From assembly GCA_002363545.1 (NCBI GenBank), contig DEWF01000001.1, forward strand, positions 173,460 through 237,459: DNA of 64,000 nt, written 5' to 3'. Under the pieces are notes generated by a model, which searched no databases, had not been told where the DNA came from, and saw only the letters and a list, made by a program, of their open reading frames with translations. Below, piece by piece: positions 27,794-37,298 of this stretch (positions are counted from its first letter, which is position 1; each line of letters begins with the position of its first letter). This stretch comes from Christensenella sp. UBA3217. GTDB lineage: Bacteria; Bacillota; Clostridia; Christensenellales; CAG-1252. The translations under genes were made by a program, and so were the position numbers.

Positions 27794-28633
27794 ATGCTGA
27801 AAGAGTTTTTATTAGGCAATTATACCGATGTTGAGAAAAAAACCGGGGTGACGGTGGTTCTTTGCCCCAATGGGGCAATTGGCGGTGTAAGCGTTCGAGG
27901 TGGTGCCCCCGCAACCCATGAAACCGATCTCTTGCGCTCGGAAAACACCGTTGATCGCGTGAACGCGGTGGTGCTTTCGGGCGGTAGCGCGTTTGGTTTG
28001 GAAGCCATATCGGGGGTTATGCAATACCTTTATGAAAAAGGGGTTGGTTTCAATGCCGGACAGTATCGCGTGCCTATCTGTACCGGCGCCTCTATTTACG
28101 ATTTGGAATGCGGGCCCTTTGCCTTCCCCGATAAACAAGCGGGGTACGAGGCGGCTTCTTGTGCGCTACCTATAACGGATCTCTCGGGCGGGATCGGTGC
28201 GGGAGCAGGTGCTACTGTATCCAAAATGAGAGGTATGGCAAACGCTAAACCCTCCGGGATGGCTGTTGTGACGGCAAAAAAGGATGCGCTTGAAATGGCG
28301 GTGGTCACCGTTGTGAACGCTTTGGGTGATCCCATTGATCCCCAAACGGGTAAAAGGATCTATTGTCCAAAAGAGGAAACTGTGCCTACTTTTGCAAATA
28401 CCACCATCAGTTGCGTGATCACAAACGCGAAACTTTCCAAGGCGCAGGCAAATAAGGTCGCAGACGCCACGCAGGATGGTTATGCACGCTGCATTTTTCC
28501 CGTACATACTGCTTATGACGGGGATAGCATTTTCCTTCTTTCTTCCTGTGAATGTGAAGTGGATCTCCTTACGGTGCAAATGATGGCACAAGATCTTTGC
28601 GAAAGGGCAATAATGAAGGCGGTAAAAGGATAA
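27794..28633 (+). CDS. P1/S58 (DmpA-like) peptidase
   Basis: TGVTV, RGGAPAT.ETDLL, LSGGSAFGL, GAGAGA, NTT cleavage site, HTAYDGD; start ATG 27794. Confidence 0.88.
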   Translation: MLKEFLLGNYTDVEKKTGVTVVLCPNGAIGGVSVRGGAPATHETDLLRSENTVDRVNAVVLSGGSAFGLEAISGVMQYLYEKGVGFNAGQYRVPICTGASIYDLECGPFAFPDKQAGYEAASCALPITDLSGGIGAGAGATVSKMRGMANAKPSGMAVVTAKKDALEMAVVTVVNALGDPIDPQTGKRIYCPKEETVPTFANTTISCVITNAKLSKAQANKVADATQDGYARCIFPVHTAYDGDSIFLLSSCECEVDLLTVQMMAQDLCERAIMKAVKG

Positions 28634-30150
28634 TGGTAGGGTTGGTCAGCGCCTTTACGGCAAAAAAAGCGGATGAGCGCACAATCTCTTCGGGGGTGAA
28701 TGACGTCACGTTGATGAAAAAGGTGGCGCAAGGCGTTTTGGAAAACGTTCCATTCAAAGAGGGGAAAACGCTTATTTTGTGCGGAAAAGGCGGAAACGGC
28801 GGTGACGGATATGCGCTTTATCTTTTGATGAAGGAAAAAGGGTACCCCGTTTGTGTAATGGACTTTGGCGAAAGCAAACATACCGGGGCGGCTTCTTTGC
28901 GTGAACTTTGCGCGTCCGAGATTTTTTCTTATCATGATGACGTGGATTTTTCCGAATATGCCAATATCGTTGATTGCCTTTTCGGCATTGGGCTTTCTCG
29001 AAACGTGCAAGGGGAGTATCTCTCTTGCATAAAAAAGATCAATCGCTCGGGCGCTTTTGTGGTAAGCGTGGATATCCCCTCCGGCCTTTCCTCGGATGGG
29101 GGCGTGGCGTTACCCGAAGCGGTTAACGCAAACATGACCATTGCTGTGCAAGATATGAAGCTCGGACATTTTTTGTCTGACGGATTGGATTGTGTGGGAC
29201 AAGTCGGTGCGCTGGATATTGGGATCTTGCCCGAACCATTTGACGCCTACTTGGTGGAAGAAAAGGACGTTTCTCTGCTTTTCCCGCCCCTCAAACGCAA
29301 CGTGCACAAGGGCTCCCTCGGAAGACTTGCCATTTTGGCGGGAAGTGATAGTTATTCGGGTGCCGCCGTGATTGCGGAGCTTGGCGCAAGTGCTTTTGCA
29401 CTTGGTGACGGTCTTGTGAAACTTTGTGTGCCCGATTGTATATTGTATCCCGTTATGAATAAGATCACGGAATGCACTCTCTTTTCTCTTCCTTCCGTTG
29501 ATGGAAAGATGGCTTTTGATCAAAAGGCATTGGAAAAGGCTGTTGCAGGGGCAGACGCCGTGCTTTTCGGCAATGGTGTGGACCTTTCGGAACAGGGAAA
29601 GCTGATTTTGGAATACTTGATCAAAACGGTAAAAGTACCTTTGATTTTAGATGCGGATGCGATCAATATGCTTTCGGAAGATCCGCAACTGTTACGCGAA
29701 AGGGTAGGCTCTACCGTGCTCACGCCTCATCCGCGCGAGATGTCGCGTTTGCTTTCCATTCCGGTGGAGGAAATATTGTCTGATCCGCTTTCCTATGCAA
29801 AGGAATTTGCAGCAAGATACGGAGTGATACTGCTTTTGAAAAATGCGTCCACCGTTATTACGGACGGCAAGAAGGCGTATATCTCTGCCAGCGGGTCTCC
29901 GGGGATGGCAAAGGGCGGAAGCGGTGACCTTTTAGCTGGCTCCGTTGCGGCTCTTGCGGCAAGCGGACGCGATCTTTTAAGCGCGTCTTACGGGGCATCG
30001 TATATACTCGGTGTGGCAGGTGAGTATGCGGCTGTGGAAGTGGGAGCGTATTCTGCATTACCCACCGATACGCATCGTTATATTGCAAAAGCGGTTAAAA
30101 CACTTTCCGATTTGGCAGCAAATACTTCTACTCAAAAAAACCAAGACTGA
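28633..30150 (+). CDS. nnr: bifunctional NAD(P)H-hydrate epimerase/dehydratase
   Basis: [46 protein letters not shown]. Confidence 0.92.
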   Translation: MVGLVSAFTAKKADERTISSGVNDVTLMKKVAQGVLENVPFKEGKTLILCGKGGNGGDGYALYLLMKEKGYPVCVMDFGESKHTGAASLRELCASEIFSYHDDVDFSEYANIVDCLFGIGLSRNVQGEYLSCIKKINRSGAFVVSVDIPSGLSSDGGVALPEAVNANMTIAVQDMKLGHFLSDGLDCVGQVGALDIGILPEPFDAYLVEEKDVSLLFPPLKRNVHKGSLGRLAILAGSDSYSGAAVIAELGASAFALGDGLVKLCVPDCILYPVMNKITECTLFSLPSVDGKMAFDQKALEKAVAGADAVLFGNGVDLSEQGKLILEYLIKTVKVPLILDADAINMLSEDPQLLRERVGSTVLTPHPREMSRLLSIPVEEILSDPLSYAKEFAARYGVILLLKNASTVITDGKKAYISASGSPGMAKGGSGDLLAGSVAALAASGRDLLSASYGASYILGVAGEYAAVEVGAYSALPTDTHRYIAKAVKTLSDLAANTSTQKNQD

Positions 30151-30475
30151 TCAAAAGAGCGTCATTCACTTTTTTCATAAGGTCGAGCGGTAATTCGCCG
30201 ATTTTTTCTCTTAACCTCGTTTTATCCAACGTTCGTATTTGTTCCAAGAGCACAACCGAGTCCCTTGGAAGCCCGTAATCTCCCGCAGCAAGGGCAATGT
30301 GGGTGGGTAACTTTGCCTTGCCGAGTTTGCTTGTGACTGCGGCGGCAATTATAGTGGGGCTGTATTTGTTTCCGATATCGTTTTGCACCACGAGCACGGG
30401 ACGCACGCCGCCTTGTTCACTGCCCACAACGGGGCTCAGATCCGCATAATACAGTTCACCACGTTTAATACTCAT
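30128..30475 (-). CDS. mazF: PemK/MazF-family endoribonuclease toxin (EndoA-like), no adjacent antitoxin
   Basis: [50 protein letters not shown]; GAGGTG SD before ATG 30475. Confidence 0.93.
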   Translation of the reverse strand: MSIKRGELYYADLSPVVGSEQGGVRPVLVVQNDIGNKYSPTIIAAAVTSKLGKAKLPTHIALAAGDYGLPRDSVVLLEQIRTLDKTRLREKIGELPLDLMKKVNDALLISLGFFE

Positions 30476-30655
30476 CGCGTCACCTCTCATTTTCCCCTTG
30501 ACGCTCACTACATTTTATGTACATCTTGCGCCCGAGTGCCATTGATATCTTTGCCTTGCTAAAAAAAGTTTATACTTGCAACGTGGCGTAATATATGTTA
30601 GAATAAAAATAATAAATCAGTTATGCTTGGTTTTTCCGAGTAAAAGGGGCTAAAT

Positions 30656-31717
30656 ATGGCAGTGACGATCAAAGATTTGCTTAAACTTGCGGTTTCGCAA
30701 AAAGCGTCCGACTTGCATATCACCGTAAAATCTCGTCCGGTGCTTCGTGTGTCGGGTAGTTTTAAGTATTACAACACCACCCCGCTTACTCCCGAAGAAA
30801 CCGAGCAGATGTGCCGCGATCTATTGGATGAAAACAACATGGCAAAACTCCAAAAGTACGGCGAGGTGGACGTTGCCGTGGCTTTGGGTGAAAACCGTTT
30901 CCGTGTAAACGCCTTCCGTCAAAAAGGCTGTTATGCGATAGCCATTCGTACCATCAACAGCGTGATCCCTTCCTTCCAAGCGTTGGGATTGCCCGCTACG
31001 ATGCTTGATCTGTGCAATAAGAGCAGGGGTATCATTTTGGTCACAGGGCCTACCGGTAGCGGTAAATCCACCACACTTGCTTCCATGATCAATTATATCA
31101 ACCACAATCGCAATGCGCATATCATTACGTTGGAAGATCCTATCGAGTATTATCACGAGCACGTGAAGAGCATTGTGAATCAGAGAGAAATCGGCAACGA
31201 TACCCGCTCCTTTGCCGCAGCGTTGCGTGCTTCCTTGCGTCAGGACCCGGACGTTATACAAGTGGGTGAAATGCGTGACTTGGAAACCATTTCCACCGCT
31301 ATCACCGCCGCAGAAACGGGCCACTTGGTTATGAGTACCTTGCACACCATCGGTGCCGCCAATACCGTTGACCGTATGGTGGACGTGTTCCCCTCCTATC
31401 AACAACAACAGGTCAGATTGCAGCTTTCCATGGTGCTGCAAGCGGTTATTTCACAGCAACTTATTCCCAAAGCGGATGGAACGGGCAGGGTAGTGGCTTT
31501 GGAGATCATGTTGAACCATCCCGCCATCAATGCGTTGATCCGTGAAGGAAAAACCCACCAGATCAGCAACTCCATGATGACCAACAGAAACTCGGGAATG
31601 ATGTTGATGGATGACTCCATTGCGGCATATTTGCGCCAGGGTATTATCACAAAACAAAACGCTTTGCTGTACTCGGTTGACCCCGATTATATGCTCCAAC
31701 AGGCAAAGAACGGCTAA
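30656..31717 (+). CDS. pilT: type IV pilus retraction ATPase PilT
   Basis: ASDLH, RFRVN, GPTGSGKSTT, TLEDPIE, LRQDPDVI, GEMRD, AETGHLV..TLH; TTGCAA-17-TAGAAT promoter. Confidence 0.92.
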   Translation: MAVTIKDLLKLAVSQKASDLHITVKSRPVLRVSGSFKYYNTTPLTPEETEQMCRDLLDENNMAKLQKYGEVDVAVALGENRFRVNAFRQKGCYAIAIRTINSVIPSFQALGLPATMLDLCNKSRGIILVTGPTGSGKSTTLASMINYINHNRNAHIITLEDPIEYYHEHVKSIVNQREIGNDTRSFAAALRASLRQDPDVIQVGEMRDLETISTAITAAETGHLVMSTLHTIGAANTVDRMVDVFPSYQQQQVRLQLSMVLQAVISQQLIPKADGTGRVVALEIMLNHPAINALIREGKTHQISNSMMTNRNSGMMLMDDSIAAYLRQGIITKQNALLYSVDPDYMLQQAKNG

Positions 31718-31816
31718 GTGGCTTTTTGTGGGATTTTTGCTCTATAAAAAAGCAATATTTTTCTAAATATCGCTTGACAAAGCGCATATAAACCTTTACT
31801 ATAAACATTGTCATTT

Positions 31817-31899
31817 GCGATCATGGCGGAACAGGCAGACGCGTACGTTTGAGGGGCGTATGGGCAACCATGGGGGTTCAAGTCCCCCTGATCGCACCA
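31817..31899 (+). tRNA. tRNA-Leu (anticodon GAG)
   Basis: Acceptor GCGATCA/TGATCGC, anticodon arm TACGT-TTGAGGG-GCGTA, long variable arm, GTTCAAG T-loop, CCA; TTGACA-17-TACTAT promoter. Confidence 0.96.
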
Positions 31900-32239
31900 A
31901 AGGGCACTTGCAAAGCAAGTGTCTTTTTTCTTTGTGGGGGACTTGAACGGGTGGGGCTCGACTGCTTGTAACTATGAGGAGCACGTAAGCAGTCGACAAA
32001 CGCGGGGGAGCGTTTGCCACCCCGGCAAGAGATTGATGTCCCCCTGATCGCACCAAAGGGCACTTGCATTGCAAGTGCTTTTTTTGTTGTTGGGGACTTG
32101 AACGGGTGGGTTTCGACTGCATCTATTGCGATGGGTAAGTTTGCAGTCGACAAACGCGGAGGAGCGTTTGCCACCCCGGCAAGAGATTGATGTCCCCCTG
32201 ATCGCACCAAAGGCACTTGCAAAGCAAGTGTCTTTTTTT
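31882..32239 (+). repeat. tRNA-linked tandem repeat array (units start 31882, 32038, 32192; periods 156 and 154 bp)
   Basis: GTCCCCCTGATCGCACCA plus GGCACTTGC-nnn-GCAAGTG terminator occurs three times, separated by two near-identical structured spacers differing mainly in a 22-23-nt loop. Confidence 0.95.
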
Positions 32240-32452
32240 GTATTTGGTTTGATCCATAGTTTCACTGTTTTTACTTGATGTATCAAATATGATAGAAAAG
32301 ATGTAATTTTCTAATTGTTATTTATTCTTTGCTTTATTTGAATTTGTCATTTGCTTTGTCATAAAATGAGTATTATTTGAAAAAATGACGTATTTTTTGT
32401 TGAAAACGGCTTGTTTCCTATCGAAAATAGGGGATTTTTTTAAAAATCGGTA

Positions 32453-32481
32453 TTGACAAAGATAGGTTCGCATTATATAAT
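32453..32481 (+). promoter_or_regulatory. consensus sigmaA promoter of the pilin gene
   Basis: TTGACA-17 bp-TATAAT with AT-rich upstream region. Confidence 0.85.
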
Positions 32482-32516
32482 TATTATAGATTACTTCGTA
32501 TATGGAGGCGAAAGTT

Positions 32517-32954
32517 ATGTTTTATAATTTCAGAAAGAACAAGAAGGCGTTTACCCTTGTGGAGCTTATCGTTGTTATCGCTATCATCGCGATCCTCGGC
32601 TCTGTGACGGGCGTGTTTGTTTACAGATACGTGGATAACACCCGTGAAACCGCGGCAAAAACTCCGCTCAGCACTGCAAAGTCCGCTGCGTTTGATACCT
32701 TTGGTTTAACTTCCACCGGAACGTTCCAAGCTCACTTGCAGCAATATTTGGAGAAGCCGGATAACTTCTATATCTCGGATAAGAACATGCTTTCCAAGAC
32801 TTCTTTCGCTGCTACCGATACTTTCTATATTTACTATCATGACAGCAACTGTGGCGATTACTGGGGTCAGATCCAATACAAGGATGGTGCATATGGCAAC
32901 GTGACCACCCGTAAGACCGACCCGAAGGGAACCAAGATCACCGCTTCTGTATAA
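32517..32954 (+). CDS. type IV pilin (prepilin-type N-terminal cleavage/methylation domain)
   Basis: KKA|FTLVELIVVIAIIAILG motif with E5; GGAGG SD; monocistronic with its own terminator. Confidence 0.9.
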   Translation: MFYNFRKNKKAFTLVELIVVIAIIAILGSVTGVFVYRYVDNTRETAAKTPLSTAKSAAFDTFGLTSTGTFQAHLQQYLEKPDNFYISDKNMLSKTSFAATDTFYIYYHDSNCGDYWGQIQYKDGAYGNVTTRKTDPKGTKITASV

Positions 32955-32975
32955 TCGGAATATTTAAGCATTTTT

Positions 32976-33012
32976 TGCCGCTTGTCATTTCCTTGACAAG
33001 CGGCATCTTTTT
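32976..33012 (+). terminator. terminator after pilin
   Basis: TGCCGCTTGTCA/TGACAAGCGGCA stem and T-rich tail. Confidence 0.82.
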
Positions 33013-33050
33013 ATTTATTATATAAATAAAGATGCTTTAAGGAGCAAGGT

Positions 33051-33914
33051 ATGAGTAAGATCTTTTTTGATACCGATTGCGAACTTTGGTACACGATGCT
33101 TCCCTCTCTTGATTGCGAGCTTTTCAAAATGCCCTATACTATAGACGGTAAAGAGTATTTTTACGATATGGGTGAAAATACAGATTTTGCGGCATTTTAC
33201 AAAGCGGTACGCGGGGGGTCTATGCCTATTACTTCTGCCTTGAATGCGCAGATCTATACCGATATTTTGGAGCCTTATTTTGCAAAAGGGGAAGATATGC
33301 TTTACATTTCTTTCAGTTCCAAGATGTCCGGTACCTTTAATCACTTGGATATGGCGCTCAAAGATCTTTCTGCAAAATACCCCAAAGCAAGGTTTCGTCG
33401 CTTTGATACCAAAAGCATTTCTTGGGGCGCAGGTATTCAAGTATATTACGCCGTAAAATACTATCAAGAAGGGCACACGTTGGACGAAGTGTTTGCTTAT
33501 TTGGAGAGTAATATCAACTGCTTCACGGAGTATTTTGCGGTTGATGATCTTTTCCACTTAAAGCGCGGTGGTAGGATCTCTGCTGCGGCGGCCGCCATTG
33601 GCACTCTGTTCTCGTTAAAACCCATTCTTCACGTGAATAACGATGGTGAATTGCAGGTGATCACCAAGGTGACCGGCTCCAACAAGGCGGTTTCTACCCT
33701 CGTGGATAAGGTAAAGACGCTTGGAAAAGAGCTTGATAAGTACCCCATTGTGATCTTGGATGCGGATAACAAGAGTGGTGCGGATAAGTTGGAATCAAAA
33801 CTGAGAGAGGCTTATCCCGATCAAGAGATCTGGCGTTATCCCGTCGGTCCCGTGATCGGCACCCATTGTGGTCCCGGCACTCTTGCGGTCATATTCCGTT
33901 CCACTTCTCGTTAA
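33051..33914 (+). CDS. DegV-family fatty-acid-binding protein
   Basis: DTDCEL, PITS, SSKMSGT, LKRGGRIS, KPIL, GPVIGTHCGPG. Confidence 0.92.
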   Translation: MSKIFFDTDCELWYTMLPSLDCELFKMPYTIDGKEYFYDMGENTDFAAFYKAVRGGSMPITSALNAQIYTDILEPYFAKGEDMLYISFSSKMSGTFNHLDMALKDLSAKYPKARFRRFDTKSISWGAGIQVYYAVKYYQEGHTLDEVFAYLESNINCFTEYFAVDDLFHLKRGGRISAAAAAIGTLFSLKPILHVNNDGELQVITKVTGSNKAVSTLVDKVKTLGKELDKYPIVILDADNKSGADKLESKLREAYPDQEIWRYPVGPVIGTHCGPGTLAVIFRSTSR

Positions 33915-33915
33915 T

Positions 33916-34911
33916 ATGAAAAAAGCGGCGGCACTTTTGCTTTTGATAGCGCTTATTTTTTGCTTTGCCGCTTGTGCTCCCACCGAAAAGACCGCTTATG
34001 GCTTTGCGATGGGATCGGATTATTGCGTCACCTATACTTCTTCCGATGATTTGGACGGAGCAATTTCAACAATTCTTTCTTCCATAGAAAAAAAGTATTC
34101 CTTGCAAGTTGCAAGTTCTCTTGCAGTGGCAATTAATCAGGCTGCGGCAGGGGAAAGCATTTCCCTTGATGCGGAAAACTATGCCGTATTTTCGCGCGTT
34201 TTTTCCATTGCCCAAATAAGCAACTATGCTTTTGATCCCTCCATTTTACCTCTGGTAAAAGCCTGGGGTTTTGATCCCCCATATAACATGAATGGGAAAG
34301 TTCCTCCCGTTGCGGCTGTAATAGCCAATGCCATGGCAGCATCTTCTTGCGAGGATTTTACGTTGAACGCTAGTTCGATCACAAAACTGCGCGATTCCGC
34401 TTGTTTGGACCTTGGCGGGGCTCTGAAAGGATATGCCGCAGAACGCGTGGCAAAGCTGATGGGCGAAAAAGGGGTCGATCAAGCGCTGGTTTATATTGGC
34501 GGTACGATTGCCGCAGTTGGAAAGAATTATTTGATAGGCGTCACCCCACCGCGTAAAAGTAAGGAGAGTTATGCGCTAAGTTTTACTTTGGCAAAAGGAG
34601 AAATTTGCGCCACCAGCGGGGATTATGAGCGCTATTATGAGTATGAAAACGTGCGCTATCATCATATTATAGACGGTAAAACGGGTGCGCCTGCTTCTTC
34701 GGGTGTTATCTCCGCCACCGTGATCTCCCAAGATGGTCTTCTTGCCGACGCTCTTGCCACGGCAGCTGTTGTTTTAGGAGTGGATCAAGCGCTCGCATTG
34801 TTTGATGAGTGCGGGGTGAAAGGGATTTTGATCACATCGGATAAAAAGGTGATAGCGCAGGGCGTATCTGTGGCGGTAAAGGATAAAAGCTATGAGATCC
34901 GCACCGCATAA
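33916..34911 (+). CDS. apbE: FAD:protein FMN transferase ApbE (lipoprotein)
   Basis: FAAC lipobox, AMGS, FDPSI.PL...WGF, DLGGALKGYA, ATSGDYERY, YHHIID, ADALATA. Confidence 0.9.
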   Translation: MKKAAALLLLIALIFCFAACAPTEKTAYGFAMGSDYCVTYTSSDDLDGAISTILSSIEKKYSLQVASSLAVAINQAAAGESISLDAENYAVFSRVFSIAQISNYAFDPSILPLVKAWGFDPPYNMNGKVPPVAAVIANAMAASSCEDFTLNASSITKLRDSACLDLGGALKGYAAERVAKLMGEKGVDQALVYIGGTIAAVGKNYLIGVTPPRKSKESYALSFTLAKGEICATSGDYERYYEYENVRYHHIIDGKTGAPASSGVISATVISQDGLLADALATAAVVLGVDQALALFDECGVKGILITSDKKVIAQGVSVAVKDKSYEIRTA

Positions 34912-35254
34912 ACTCTTTCGCATTTGGGATGTTATCGTCCTTGTTTTGATTTTATTACTCGTTGCTTTAACGATTTATTTTGCAGTATCTCCCGAGAAGG
35001 GGGACGCAGCGGAGATCTATCTTGACGGAAAAAAGTATATGACTTTACCTCTTTCTAAGGATACGGAGATCACCTTGGATCACCTCACCATTGTGGTTTC
35101 CAAAGGAAAAGTATGGGTAAAGGATGCGGATTGCCCCGATAAGATCTGCGAGAAAAAAGGTGAGATCTACAAAAAAGGTCAGTCAATCGTTTGTCTTCCC
35201 AATCGAATTGTGATCAAGATCGCGGGAAAAGGGGAAGTGGAGGCGATCACATGA
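34892..35254 (+). CDS. NusG domain II-containing protein
   Basis: N-terminal TM, ADCPDKIC...G.I......IVCLPNR. Confidence 0.85.
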   Translation: MRSAPHKLFRIWDVIVLVLILLLVALTIYFAVSPEKGDAAEIYLDGKKYMTLPLSKDTEITLDHLTIVVSKGKVWVKDADCPDKICEKKGEIYKKGQSIVCLPNRIVIKIAGKGEVEAIT

Positions 35255-35757
35255 CGGCAAGAAAGCTAACGCGCGCGGCTGTCTTGCTTTCGGTCGCTTT
35301 GATACTTGGTTTTTTGGAATCCTGGCTTCCGCCGGTATTCCCATTCCTTCCGTATGCACGTATAGGGCTCGGGAATGCGGCGGTGTTGCTTGCTATCCTT
35401 TGGCTTGGTATTCCGTATGCGGCTATTATTTTGCTGCTCAAATGTGTGATCATTGGGTTGTTTACAGGTGCGCCCGTCATGATTTTGTACTCCCTTGCGG
35501 GGAGTGTGCTTTCCTTTGGTGTAATGTGTCTTTTGTTACGCCTTGGGGCGAACGGGTTGCCTGCGATTAGTGCGGCAGGCGGAGCCATGCACAATTTAGG
35601 GCAGGTACTTGTTGCAATAACCATTACGGGAACGGGAGAGATTGCCGTGCTTTTGGTGTATCTTGCACTCTTCGGTATGGTGGCAGGCGGTGTGACGGGT
35701 GTGATCGTGTATTTTGTGGATCGTGCGCTCCCTACCTCGCAAAAAGGAGGTTCATAA
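35251..35757 (+). CDS. Gx transporter family protein (heptaprenyl diphosphate synthase component I-like)
   Basis: LES..P......RIGLGN, SLAG, S..GG..HNLGQ; usual partner of NusG-II. Confidence 0.83.
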   Translation: MTARKLTRAAVLLSVALILGFLESWLPPVFPFLPYARIGLGNAAVLLAILWLGIPYAAIILLLKCVIIGLFTGAPVMILYSLAGSVLSFGVMCLLLRLGANGLPAISAAGGAMHNLGQVLVAITITGTGEIAVLLVYLALFGMVAGGVTGVIVYFVDRALPTSQKGGS

Positions 35758-35759
35758 AC

Positions 35760-36434
35760 ATGGAAAAACAGGTGTTTTCTCGCAGGAAAATCTTATTTGA
35801 AAATCTTGAAAACTGCGGATTTATACGAACAAAAGAAGGATATTTTTTAGAAAAAGAGATCTTGCCTGCGATGCTTGCACAAGTGTTTATCAGCCGCTCC
35901 GGGGATCTCTCCGGAAGAATTTTTGACACCGAAATAAAGGAACCGTATACTTTGTTTCGTGATCCTTCCGCACAAGGAGCCTTTGTGATGGGGGTGAAAA
36001 ATGCTTATTATTCTTTTTTAACAGAGCTTGTCGAAAAAATATCTGTTCCAAAAGCCTATATTTCCGATCAGGCAAATTGGGTAAACTGGTTTATTAAAGA
36101 TCGTTTTAATGTTTCGGCGGAGTATCTTTGGAAAAAGTTTCCCCACTTTGGAGTGTATCGTAATATCCATTCCGGAAAATGGTTTGCGATCATTATGAAT
36201 ATATCAAAAGGGAAACTGATAAAAGGTGAGAGCGGAGAAGTGGAAGTTATGAACCTGAAAACCGATGATAAAAGCGATTATTACATCGAAAAGGGCGCTT
36301 TGCCGTGTTATCACATGAATCAAAAAAGTTGGGTGAGCGTGTTGCTTGATGGCTCACTTTCTAATGATCTTATTGAAGAAATGCTGGAACTGTCCTTTTT
36401 AAATTCTGAAAAAGTAAAAAGAAAGACTAAATAA
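35760..36434 (+). CDS. MmcQ/YjbR-family protein with N-terminal extension
   Basis: EYLW.KFP...VYR....KWFA, MNLK, PCYHMNQKSWVSV.LDG. Confidence 0.82.
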   Translation: MEKQVFSRRKILFENLENCGFIRTKEGYFLEKEILPAMLAQVFISRSGDLSGRIFDTEIKEPYTLFRDPSAQGAFVMGVKNAYYSFLTELVEKISVPKAYISDQANWVNWFIKDRFNVSAEYLWKKFPHFGVYRNIHSGKWFAIIMNISKGKLIKGESGEVEVMNLKTDDKSDYYIEKGALPCYHMNQKSWVSVLLDGSLSNDLIEEMLELSFLNSEKVKRKTK

Positions 36435-37182
36435 GACGCGTCATGGTCAAGTGGATATGACTTCTTGCGTCTAAGTCAGGCAAATATCCTTCAAAGATAA
36501 TATTTTCCGCATAATTACGAGCGCGCTCTTCCAAAATGGGGTTGCTTACTACCCAGGCAAGCAGCTTGGGGGTTTTGGCGCGTAAAAGGATGGCTCTGCG
36601 GTCATTCAAGTTGGATACTTGGTAGGAGATAAAATCCGGACGGATCTTGTTTGCCCAGTACAGGGCAAAGTTTACGGAATCATTTGACAGCACGCCAAGG
36701 GGAATAACGGGGTTGTGCTTGCGGTACCAAGAGAGCAGAGTGGGGCTGAAGGACTGGATGGCGTAGTTGCCGTTGTAGTTTTCCAAATGGTGCAAAACGG
36801 TTTCACCGATTTTGGTACGGAAATAGGTTTTGATCTCGATCAAAAGACCGGTCCTTCCGTTTATGTAATCCAAAACTTGCTTAAATGTGGGTATTTTTTC
36901 ATTTACAAAAGGGAGCGTATAGCGCGAAAGTTGCTCGTATGTAAGATCGTGCAATTCAATATTCTCACCAAAGATTCTTTCCAGCGTGGCGTCATGGAAA
37001 ACCACCACTTCGCCATCGGCAAGAATACGGACGTCAATCTCGATATTATAGCCTTTTTGTATGGCGGCTTCAAATGCCGTCAGGCTATTCTCGATGATGC
37101 CCGGACCATGTAAACCACGATGTGCGATCGGCTTTTCGAACAGCCATCTGTGGTCTATGACGTTTGGTCTGAAAGTTGCCAT
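36427..37182 (-). CDS. glycerophosphodiester phosphodiesterase family protein
   Basis: IAHRG, ENSL.AF, IEIDV, VVFHD..L.R, LIEIK, QSF; start ATG 37182 after AAGGAG. Confidence 0.9.
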   Translation of the reverse strand: MATFRPNVIDHRWLFEKPIAHRGLHGPGIIENSLTAFEAAIQKGYNIEIDVRILADGEVVVFHDATLERIFGENIELHDLTYEQLSRYTLPFVNEKIPTFKQVLDYINGRTGLLIEIKTYFRTKIGETVLHHLENYNGNYAIQSFSPTLLSWYRKHNPVIPLGVLSNDSVNFALYWANKIRPDFISYQVSNLNDRRAILLRAKTPKLLAWVVSNPILEERARNYAENIIFEGYLPDLDARSHIHLTMTRLI

Positions 37183-37298
37183 TCCACGCTCCTTATTTTT
37201 CCCCTTTATTATAACACAACTTTTCAAGATGTAAATACTTTACCTGCGAAAAAAAATATTATATAATATTTTATGCGGGAAAAACCGCATGGTAATTT

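Noticed and set aside
31882-32239. Calling the repeat array a CRISPR
   Set aside because: Constant part is ~130 bp and includes a tRNA end and terminator; only two variable segments; no cas genes in the window
31811-32286. Three overlapping ~105-115-aa minus-strand ORFs with repeated peptides
   Set aside because: Translation artefacts of the tRNA-linked repeat in different frames
33916-35757. apbE - NusG-II - Gx transporter cluster as a novel system
   Set aside because: Recognised recurring module of flavinylation-associated loci in anaerobes; nothing unusual visible here
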